Below are positions 54,210 to 64,000 of a stretch of 64,000 nucleotides of DNA, in pieces. The position numbers were made by a program, and so were the translations under genes. The notes beneath the pieces were generated by a model. That model saw only the letters and a list, made by a program, of their open reading frames with translations. It was not told the DNA's origin and did not search any database. Origin of the DNA: Octopus sinensis (Eukaryota). Numbering within the stretch: position 1 is the first letter of the stretch; every line of letters begins with the position of its first letter. The stretch is from positions 8,060,001 to 8,124,000 of the forward strand of contig NC_043013.1 in assembly GCF_006345805.1 (NCBI RefSeq). The letters are read 5' to 3'.

Positions 54210-54440
54210 AGGCGGCGAGCTGGCAGAAACGTTAGTACGTCGGGCGAAATGCATAGCTGTATTTGGTCTGTCGTTACGTTCTGAGTTCAAATTCTGCCGA
54301 GGTCGACTTTGCCTTTCATCCTTTCGGGGTTGATTAAATAAGTACCAGTTACGCACTGGAGTCGATATAATTGACTTAATCCGTTTGTGTCCTTGTTTGT
54401 CCTCTCTGTGTTTAGCCCCTTCTGGGTAGTAAAGAAATAG
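54210..54440 (+). mobile_element. SINE family B monomer
   Basis: 14-bp TSD GTATTGTTGGGCTA (54196-54209, 54441-54454). Confidence 0.9.
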
Positions 54441-54826
54441 GTATTGTTGGGCTAGAAGTAGGTTTGGGTTATTGTTGAGATAAAGGCAAGAATGTAGTAT
54501 TATTGAGGTAAAGGTAAACCTGAGCTATTATTGAGATAAAATGGGTAAGTATTGTTGAGGCAGTAGTAGTGTTTGGTATTGTTGAGGTAGAGGTAAGACC
54601 ATGGTGTTAGTAGTACAAAGTCAGTTAAAACTGTTTGATAAATCTAATCAGATGAGAATCTCACTGTACACATCTTTTAATATATCAACTCTTTGTAAAA
54701 GATTATCGGTATGTTAGGTGAGATGGAATTGTATTTTGTGCTGCCTTTCAAAATACTGTTTTATATACATACATTTCCCCATCTTTCTCTGTATATATAT
54801 ATATACATATACATATATATATGTAC

Positions 54827-54875
<49 letters not shown>

Positions 54876-55029
54876 GTATGTATATATATATATGTATGTA
54901 TATATATATATACATAGATATGTATATATGGGGGACACAAAACTCCACTTGTGAAGACCTGTTGAGGCAAGTGGAAATCAGAACCAAAATCGAAGTTGAT
55001 CAACATCAATGGAAATTGCAGCTGTGATA

Positions 55030-55385
55030 CCAGTGCTGGTGGCACGTAAGCGAACCATCCGATTGTGGCTGTTGCCAGCGCCGCCCTGACTGGCCTCTGT
55101 GCCGGTGGCACGTAAAAAGTACCAACCGATCGTGGCCGTTGCCAGCCTCGCCTGGCCTCCATGCTGATGGCACGTAAAAAGCACCATCCGACCGTAGCCG
55201 TTTGCCAGCCCTGTCTGGCACCTGTGCGGGTGGCACGTAAAAAGCACCCACTACACTCACGGAGTGGTTGGCGTTAGGAAGGGCATCCAGCCGTAGAAAC
55301 ATTGCCAGATCAGACTGGGCCTGGTGCAGCCTTCTGGCTTCCCAGACCCCAGTTGAACCATCCAACCCATGCTAGCATGGAAAGC
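55030..55385 (+). mobile_element. (TGA)n-tailed-family element with four 5' modules
   Basis: Four GGTGGCACGTAA-type anchors about 50-60 bp apart, then the conserved body. Confidence 0.75.
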
Positions 55386-55491
55386 TATAGTAGAAGACAT
55401 TTTCCCAAGGTGCTACGCAGTGGGAATGAACCTGGACCCATGTGGTTGGTAAGCAAGCTACTTACCACACAGCCACTCCTGCGCCTATTAT

Positions 55492-55696
55492 ACATATTTC
55501 ATTTGTTAATAGGAGTTACAAAATTTTACATGTAGGAGAAATATGTAAGAAATCCCCTATTAAACATCCTTTGAACCGAGAACCAAGTGATATTTGATTA
55601 TTTGATTCTCTGTCTGAAGAACATCTTACAGGAGATATCTTACATGTTTCTCCTACATGTACAATTTTGTGACTCTTATTAGCAAATGGAACATGT
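55492..55696. mobile_element. MITE-like element with imperfect inverted repeats of about 58 bp
   Basis: ATTTGTTAATAGGAGTTACAAAATTTTACATGTAGGAGAAATATGTAAGA mirrored at 55638-55687. Confidence 0.75.
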
Positions 55697-55956
55697 GTAA
55701 TGGGGTATATATAATTTCAAAAAGTTTTTCCAATCTCCTGTTTTGATATGTAATCACTTTGCCACAAAATGTTTGCCAGTATATTTCAACTCTTATGCAT
55801 ATCTCACACAAATATAACATCTACATACAATATAAACAACTTTGGAGTATTGGAATAGGCCAGATGTACTTCAAGGGAACACAGCTTGGCTTATAACCCT
55901 ACCTACACTATATATATATATATGTGTGTGTGTGTATATATATATATGTGTGTGTA

Positions 55957-56035
<79 letters not shown>

Positions 56036-56070
56036 ATTCTAAATTCTTATGATGTAAACAATACTCACAT

Positions 56071-56142
<72 letters not shown>

Positions 56143-56313
56143 GTTCTGATTGGTTCACATACACTGAAACAAAAAATATTTCTTTGCCTTATCTTAAGTC
56201 AATGTTTTTTTAATACCAGTAATTAAGTATGTTAATCAACCATTTGGCCACCTACTATATTTACTCATTTCTGTAAACAGATTGTGTAGCATGTGGATGT
56301 AGATATATGTATA

Positions 56314-56349
<36 letters not shown>

Positions 56350-57040
56350 TGTGTGTGTGTGTGAGTGTGTGTGTGTGTGTGTGTGTATGTGTGTGTGTGC
56401 ATATCTGTGTATCTGTTGCCTGTCAGTGAAATTAACTGAAAGAATCTCTTTAGAAACTACAATGTCATAAGACTTAATGATTCTAATTGTTTAGCCCTGA
56501 GTCAAGTCTGATCAAGTAGACCTTTTGATGAAAAGGATTCCTGTCATGACCATCACTTCTTTTTTCAAATATTGTGCATCTAAGTTCATACCTATCCAAT
56601 AAATCTCTCCATCTCTTTTGGTTTTTTGAAAATTTTTTTGTGTGCATTTTGATTTGAAAAACTTTGTTTTGAAAATGTAATTGAAAGAGAATTTAACTGC
56701 TATTTTTAACCAGTTGAGTGGCCCCATTAATATATACTTGGTTAAGACTTTTTTTTTTATCTCTGTAGTCTTATATGTAAACAAAATAAATATCTCCTAA
56801 GTCTCAAGTGATTAAGTGACTTTTGAAGTGGACTAGTGATAATTTGCCCTTCCCTCATTCTCGAGAGGTCACTAGTTTCTCATGTATAACGTTTCAAGAT
56901 AATTTTGAATCTATTCTCACTATTCAAAACTGAATGAAAAATTTTGTGCGGGAACACAACAAAATGCTTGAAGTGGCTTTGAACTCATAATCCTTGAGCT
57001 GTTCGTGCTAATCACTTATAAACTCAGCTCTTTTGTGCAG

Positions 57041-57084
57041 AGAAATTGGAACAGGAGTGTGAAGCAAAAGATTTGGATTATTGA
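57041..57084 (+). CDS. Candidate terminal coding exon
   Basis: CTAAT branch-like motif plus CTCTTTTGTGCAG acceptor; phase 1 gives (E)KLEQECEAKDLDY*; a phase-0 48-nt internal-exon reading is also possible. Confidence 0.3.
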
Positions 57085-57774
57085 CCTGGTAATCAGTTCA
57101 AACTTTACTATGTAATTGTTTTTATAATTGTTTAGCCCCCAGGCCAAATAAGGTTGACCGCTTATTAAATACATCGTATTTGCGATCATTTCATCTTTTT
57201 GTATATCAGTAATAACGTCTTGTGTGTTCTTCATTATTTACCTTGATACTTAGCTAGTTTTCGGCCAATATTGACCCAGGCCACATCTGACTTAATAGCA
57301 CCCCTGGGAGAAGACATTTAATCATGCTTCATGTTATAGCCATACTTTGGGCACTATTGGAGTAAAGAGTTATTGTTTGTATAGATATATCTTAGTGTAG
57401 GTGGTTTATTCGGAAAATTTTGGAGGAATTAATCCAAGAATCATTTAAATGTTATGAGGTCTTTTTTTTCTTCATTATGTAAGTTGGCACAATGTTGAAG
57501 AATGCAGGGCCAGCTGAAATGAAGCAGTTCTGCCTTAGTGCTGTGATGTGATGTGAGCTCAGTTTTGTAAAGGATGGATGGTGTGGGGATCAGGTGTTGG
57601 GGGTGAATTTTGGCAGAATCAGTAGCATTTCTTCTGTTTTTCTTTTTCTTTTATATTCTGAGTTCAAATGTTACCTTTCATCTTTTTGGGTTTGATAAAA
57701 TATAGTACTGGGGTCAATGTAATTGACTAACCTCCTCCTCCAAAATGTAGGACCTTGTGCTTATAATACAAAGA

Positions 57775-57819
<45 letters not shown>

Positions 57820-58569
57820 TTGTGTTTGACTTTTGCTTTGCATTTGTATAAGTTGGCTCCAAGTCTCACCCAGAGACCTCAAGAGACAGCACGTTAGAAG
57901 TTCATATTGGTGTTATGCTAGGGTGCTATATATTTGGTTTTGAACATAGTGTTGTTCTAGAGAATGTTTAAGAAACCATAAGAAAATTATGTGTTTGTTT
58001 TAAAATTTGAGATTACATAGTCAGTATTTTACATAGGATATGGGCAGTTCCCATGAGCACTATCTTTTGAATTTCTGCCATTTTGGGGTTTCCTGATATC
58101 TGAGCCAGATAGCAATCAGCCCTTTTGCTATCATTCCTAGGGCACCTATGACAACAGGTATCGTTTCAATCTTCAGGTTCCACATTTTGCTAATTTATAT
58201 TTCAGTATTTTTATACTTACTCAGTTTTTGGTAAGTCTTGACAGATACGTTTATATCGATTGGGACAGTCATATCAATGAGGAGGCATGTTCTTTGTCTG
58301 AAGTCTTTCAATATGATGTTTGGTCTATTTGCATCTATCTTTCTGTCAGTTTGAATGGTGAAGTTCTAGAGGAGTGAGATGTGATCATTTTCAAGTACTG
58401 GGGGTGGATTGTGTTCCCACCAGTTTTTTTCATGGGGCAAATCCAGGTTTTTGCAAATTACCCAGTGAATATATTGTGTAGCTTTATCATGCCTGTCGAG
58501 ATATTCTGTAGGTACAAGAAAACTGTATATTGAGACAACATGATTAATGGTCTCATTTTGTTGTTGACA

Positions 58570-58570
<1 letters not shown>
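57820..58570 (-). mobile_element. R4/Dong-like 3' end (endonuclease + 3' UTR + (TAA)n tail)
   Basis: ETINHVVS...EYLDRHDKATQYIHWVICK...RPNIILKD...CLLIDMTVP...KLSKY...IPVVIGALGMI...LMGTAHIL. Confidence 0.85.
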
Positions 58571-58633
<63 letters not shown>

Positions 58634-58634
58634 A

Positions 58635-59480
58635 TATAAATGTTCAATATTTGGTAGATTGAGGCAAATTTGTACTGCATCACCTGCTACACTTATGTGT
58701 TGCTGGGGTGTGTGCAGCATTGTGCATTCTTTTATGCAGTTGGGAGTGTGCAAACTCTTCCCGGTACTGCATCGTGTTAGGGATTTTTTTCCCTTGAGGT
58801 GTGATACTGTCTTTTGTCGTGTTACTGCTTGTATTGTGTGTTAAGCATGTAGTGCTTTGCTTCTTTGGCTTGCTGGTGGGAATTTATTTCACTGGATAAA
58901 TGCTGTATAGAGTGTGTCTATTATTTGTGGGTTGTTTTGTTTAGGTTGTGTTATTGGATTAGTAGTGTCTTGCGTAGGACGTGGTCTGTTCTGTTCTTGG
59001 CAGGGCTATTTTTCGACAGTGTGTAGTGCTCAGAATCCAGGTATAACCTCTACATTTTTGTTCATATGATTTTTTTATCATGCCCAATGCTCCAATTATT
59101 ATTGGTATTATTTTTTACCCTCGTGCCCCACATTTTGAATACTTCAATTTTGAGCTCTTTGTACTTTGACAATTCCTCCACCACTTTTTTGACAATATTT
59201 TGATCAGAAGGGACTGCAATGTCTATCAGTAAGCAGGTGTTTTTACCCCAATCCTCGACTATTATGTGTGGGTGACTAGTTTTTCTTTGTCAGTTTGAAC
59301 TGGCATACTCCAGATGATTGTATCTGATCATTGCCTTGTACTTTGCTTGGCACATGCTTATACCACCTGTTGTCAGTTTTGATGTTGTAATGTTGGCGTA
59401 TTTTCCAGAAAGCAGGAGTGCCGATTTTGTAGTGTTTACATATTTTCCAATATAAATACTGTCATACTCTATCGTGATGA
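58635..59480 (-). mobile_element. Further R4/Dong-like 3' fragment
   Basis: Endonuclease-like remnants (LLIDIAVP...LSKYKELKIEV) between (TAA)n tracts. Confidence 0.7.
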
Positions 59481-59499
59481 TTTTTGTATTATTTTATTA

Positions 59500-59543
<44 letters not shown>

Positions 59544-59559
59544 TATTATTATTATTATC

Positions 59560-59606
<47 letters not shown>

Positions 59607-59859
59607 CATTTCATGTCAGTGACACGTAAAAGCACCAACTGATCATGGCCGTTTGCCAGCCTGCTCTGGCACCTGTGCCGGTGGCACGTAAAAAACACCC
59701 ACTACACTCTCGGAGTGGTTGGCGTTAGGAAGGGCATCCAGCTGTAGAAACACTGCCAGATCAGACTGGAGCCTGGTGCAGCCTCCATGGCTTACCAGAC
59801 CCCGGTCGAACCGTCCAACCCATGCTAGCATGGAAAACAGACGTTAAATGATGATGATG

Positions 59860-59877
59860 ATGTTGATGATGATTATC

Positions 59878-59918
<41 letters not shown>

Positions 59919-59952
59919 CATTATTATTATTATTATTATTATTATCATTATT

Positions 59953-59984
<32 letters not shown>

Positions 59985-60035
59985 CATTATTATTATTATT
60001 ATTATTATTATTTATTATCATTATTATTATTATTA

Positions 60036-60101
<66 letters not shown>
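59860..60101. repeat. (ATT)n/(ATC)n trinucleotide tract
   Basis: Directly visible; similar tract at 59480-59610. Confidence 0.95.
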
Positions 60102-60102
<1 letters not shown>

Positions 60103-60692
60103 GGCAGCAAGCAAGCAGAATCGTTAGCATGCTGGGAAAAATGCTTAGCGGTATTTCATCTGTGTTCACATTTTGAGTTCAAATTCCACCAAGGTCAACT
60201 TTGGCTTTCATCATTCAGGGTTCGATAAAATAAGTACCAGTGAAATACTGGGGTCAATGTAATTGACTAGTCCTCTCTTGCGAAATTGCTGGCTTTGTGC
60301 TAAAATTTGAAATCACTGTTATTATTATTCCTAAACAAATGAATAAATTGTTGTTGTTGTTGTAACTATTTCTGTTTTTAAGTTTCCTTCTATCTTAATA
60401 TCAATATGAAAAATAAGAATGAAATAAGAAAAAAGAAAGGAAAAAAACAAATAAGCCATCAGGAAAGCAAATGAAACGAAATGCCTAAGAAGAGTTTGTC
60501 TCAAGGATGTCTACACAAACACACACTCAGGGAAAGAGAGATAGAGAGAGAGAGAATGAGATAAAGAGGAAGAGAAAGTGAAACAAAGGTGAAAGAAGTA
60601 AACAGAAGATACACACACACATATATATATAAATACAAACACATGTATTTATATGATAAATCTCAGAGCGAGTTATAAACAGTAGCGGTAAC

Positions 60693-60960
60693 ACATCGTG
60701 AAGCATATTTGCCATTTGAATATGGCTAACCCCTAAGGGTGGATGCTACTGTAGTTTGTAGCCCCAGGAAGATATCTCCTCCAGCTGGCTATAGATACAC
60801 TATCTGTGTTCTCTCAGTATTTCCCTTCACAAATACTGAGAGGACACAGATAGTGTGTCTATAGCCAGCTGGAGGAGATATCTTCCTGGGGCTACAAACT
60901 ACAGTAGCATCCACCCTTAGGGGTTAGCCATATTCAAATGGCAAATATGCGTCACCATGT
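60693..60960. repeat. Long palindrome: 130-bp arms, 8-nt loop
   Basis: Inner 120 bp (60703-60822 / 60831-60950) complementary except two T-G positions. Confidence 0.95.
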
Positions 60961-61211
60961 ATTTATAGATATATTTATACACACGCACACACACAGAGTT
61001 TGTCTGTCCTTTCTATTATAGGCGCAAGGCCTGAAATCTTGGTGGAGGGGTTAAGTGGATTACATCAACCTCAGTTCTCAACTGGTACTTAATTTATTGA
61101 CCCTGAAAAAATGAAAGGCAAAGTTGACCTTGGCGGAATTTGAACTCAGACCGTAAAGACAGATGAAATACCACTAAGCATTTTGCCAAGCGTGCTAAAG
61201 ATTCTGCCAGC

Positions 61212-61262
<51 letters not shown>

Positions 61263-61676
61263 TAACAACAAGAATTTCATTTACCATAGGAATAATAACA
61301 ACAGCAACTCCTTCCTCCCCACAAAAGAAAAAGAATAGTGAATGAAGTATGTTTTAATTACTTTTCCCCTGTATGGCAATGTAAATATTTAAGACCTTCG
61401 TTAATTTTGTCTGACTTTAATTATTCATGCTAGCTGATTGAGTTAAACCATTTCCTCACACTCAAAACTTATTAAAACTATTTCTATGCAATTAAAAAAA
61501 AATACAGCTTTGCAGGTTTGTTTCTATTTTCTCTCCTTCATCTTTTATTTCTTACTTGTTTTAGTTATTAGACTGTGGCCATGCTGGGGCACTGACTTAA
61601 AACATTCTTAGCCGAATGAATTGAACCACCGCCCCGTATTTTTCTTTTAAAAGCCTGGTTGTCATTCTTATTCCTT

Positions 61677-62091
61677 TATTTCTTTATTGCCCACAATGGG
61701 CTAAACATAGAGGGGACAAACAAGGACAGACAAAGGGATTGAGTTGATTACATTGACTCCAGTACGTAACTGGTACTTTATTTGTCGACCCCAAAAGGAT
61801 GAAAGGCAAAGTCGACCTCGGCGGAATTTGAACTCAGAATGTAATGGCAGATGAAATACCTATTTCTTTACTACCCACAAGGGGCTAAACATAGAGAGGA
61901 TAAGCAAGGACAGACAAATGAATTAAGTCGATTATATCGACCCCAGTTCGTAACTGGTACTTATTTAATCGACCCCAAAAGGATGAAAGCAAAGTCGACC
62001 TCGGCGGAATTTGAACTCAGAATGTAATGGCAGATGAAATACCACTAAGCATTTCGCCCGGCGTGCTATCATTTATGCCAGCTCATCACCT
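61677..62091 (-). mobile_element. SINE family B, one head + 2 x 184-bp body
   Basis: Units start at 61677 and 61861; TSD CTGGTTGTCATTCT. Confidence 0.85.
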
Positions 62092-62127
62092 TCAACTGGT
62101 TGTCATTCTGTCATTCTGTCATTCTCT

Positions 62128-62352
62128 TTTACCCTTTCACATTCAGATCACTGTCTCAAATGTAATACATATTTATTTGCATTATTTTGAATTAATCATG
62201 CTTTACCTCATAGCTTTGAGATTTTGATGATGTGGGATGTTTATTTTTATAATGACATTGAAGGGCATGCATGAGAAGTCAGATCTAGTTGATTTGAACA
62301 TTAAATAGGATACTGGAGTCAGATATGGTTGGTTTAAATACCAAAGGGTTAA
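62128..62352. mobile_element. piggyBac-like MITE
   Basis: TTTACCCTTT start and AAAGGGTTAA end. Confidence 0.5.
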
Positions 62353-62372
62353 TGTTACCTTAGTAGATTATA

Positions 62373-62973
62373 TGTTTCTTTACTACCCACAAGGGGCTTA
62401 CCACAGAGGGGACAAACAAGGACAGACGAATGGATTAAGTCAATTACATCGACCCCAGTGCGAAACTGGCACTTAATTTATCGATCCCAAAAGGATGAAA
62501 GGCAAAGTCAACCTCGGCGGAATTTGAACTCAGAACGTAGCAGCAGACAAAATACCTATTTCTTTACTACCCACAAGGGGCTAAACACAGAGGGGACAAA
62601 CAAGGACAGACGAATGGATTAAGTCGATTACATCGACCCCAGTGCGTAACTGGTACTTAATTTATCGACCCCAAAATGATGAAAGGCAAAGTCGACCTCG
62701 GCGGAATTTGAACTCAGAATGTAACGGCAGACGAAATACCTATTTCTTTACTACCCACAAGGGGCTAAACACAGAGGGGACAAACAAGGACAGACGAACG
62801 GATTAAGTCGATTACATCGACCCCAGTGCGAAACTGGTACTTAATTTATCGACCCCGAAAGGATGAAAGGCAAAGTTGACCTCGGCGGAATTTGAACTCA
62901 GAACGTAGCGGCAGACGAAATACGGTTATTCATTTCGCCCGGCGTGCTAACAGTGCTGCCAGCTCGCCGCCTT
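62373..62973 (-). mobile_element. SINE family B, one head + 3 x 184-bp body
   Basis: Units start at 62373, 62557 and 62741; TSD TAGATTATA. Confidence 0.9.
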
Positions 62974-63201
62974 CAATAGATTATAGTTAACCTCAATGTG
63001 GCTTTCCAACATAATGTTCTCACTTCTTATCTATTACATTACATTACAGCATTTATTAAGTGTTGTTGCCAAATTTTAAAGATGGTAAATTGTTTAGTAA
63101 TGGAGATTATTTGCAATGCTAAGAAGTTATTGTGGCTTTGTAAGAACTCTCTCATCCGCTTCTCTTGTTCAGGCTGTTTGTCATGTTTGTTTATACTCTC
63201 T

Positions 63202-63597
63202 CTTTACTCTTTACTTGTTTCAGTCATTTGACTGTGGCCATGCTGGAGCACCACCTTTAGTCGAGCAAATCGACCCCTCCAGGACTTATTCTTTGTAAGC
63301 CTAGTACTTATTCTATCGGCCTCTTTTGCCGAACCGCTAAGTTATGGGGACATGAACACACTAGCATCGATTGTCAAGCGATGTTGGGGGGACAAACACA
63401 GACACACAAAAACATGCACATATATATACACACACACAACAGGCTTCTTTCAGTTTCCGTCTACCAAATCCACTCAAGGCTTTGGTCAGCCCGAGGCTAT
63501 AGTAGAAGACACTTGCCCAAAGTATCACACAGTGGTACTGAACCCGAAACCATGTGGTTGGCAAGCAAGCTACTTACCACACAGCCACTCCTGCGCC
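63202..63597 (-). mobile_element. SINE family A, full length
   Basis: Reverse-complement homology. Confidence 0.9.
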
Positions 63598-63659
63598 TTA
63601 TATTATATATTTTTGACTATTTTTTATCAATTATTCTTTTTCTTCTCTTTTATTCTTTA

Positions 63660-64000
63660 ACTTTTTCGAGTCATTTGACTGTGGCCATGCTGGTGCACTG
63701 CCTTTAGTCGAACATATCGACCCCCAAGACTTATTCTTCGTAAGCCTAGTACTCATTCTATAGGGACATAAGCACACCAACATTTGTTGTCAAATGATGA
63801 TGGAGGGGACAAACACAGGCACATAAATATATACTAACACACACACACACACATACACACGCACACACTTACACTCACACACACACACTCACACATACAC
63901 ACACACACACGATGGGTGTCTTTCAGTTTCCATCTACCAAATCCACTCACAAGGCTGTAGTAGAAGAACTTGTTCAAGGTGCCATGGAGTGGGACTGAAC
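63660..64000 (-). mobile_element. SINE family A, diverged, cut by window edge
   Basis: Reverse-complement homology. Confidence 0.75.

Overview
Repeat-dense, AT-rich eukaryotic window. The repeat landscape resembles what I recall for Octopus; that is an inference, not a database match. Most of the sequence is microsatellite ((TA)n, (TACA)n, (CA)n, (ATT)n, (CAT)n), about four tRNA-derived SINE families, a (TGA)n-tailed non-autonomous retroelement with a variably amplified 5' module, decayed LINEs (R4/Dong-like, RTE, CR1), decayed Tc1/mariner transposons, MITEs and fold-back elements. There is a 100-N assembly gap at 14367-14466. No intact transposase or reverse transcriptase and no confidently named host gene are present; nearly all listed ORFs are microsatellite or SINE artefacts. 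A few short islands with good splice signals may be exons of uncharacterised genes on either strand (low confidence). The most interesting signals are: (1) several hammerhead-ribozyme-like motifs of the Penelope-associated minimal type, mostly in (TA)n-embedded modules and with variant cores; (2) SINE head+(184-bp body)n concatemers, each bounded by one TSD pair; (3) a conserved motif anchoring tandem modules of about 27, 50 and 149 bp; (4) long near-perfect hairpins; (5) R4/Dong-like fragments consistently abutting (TAA)n.
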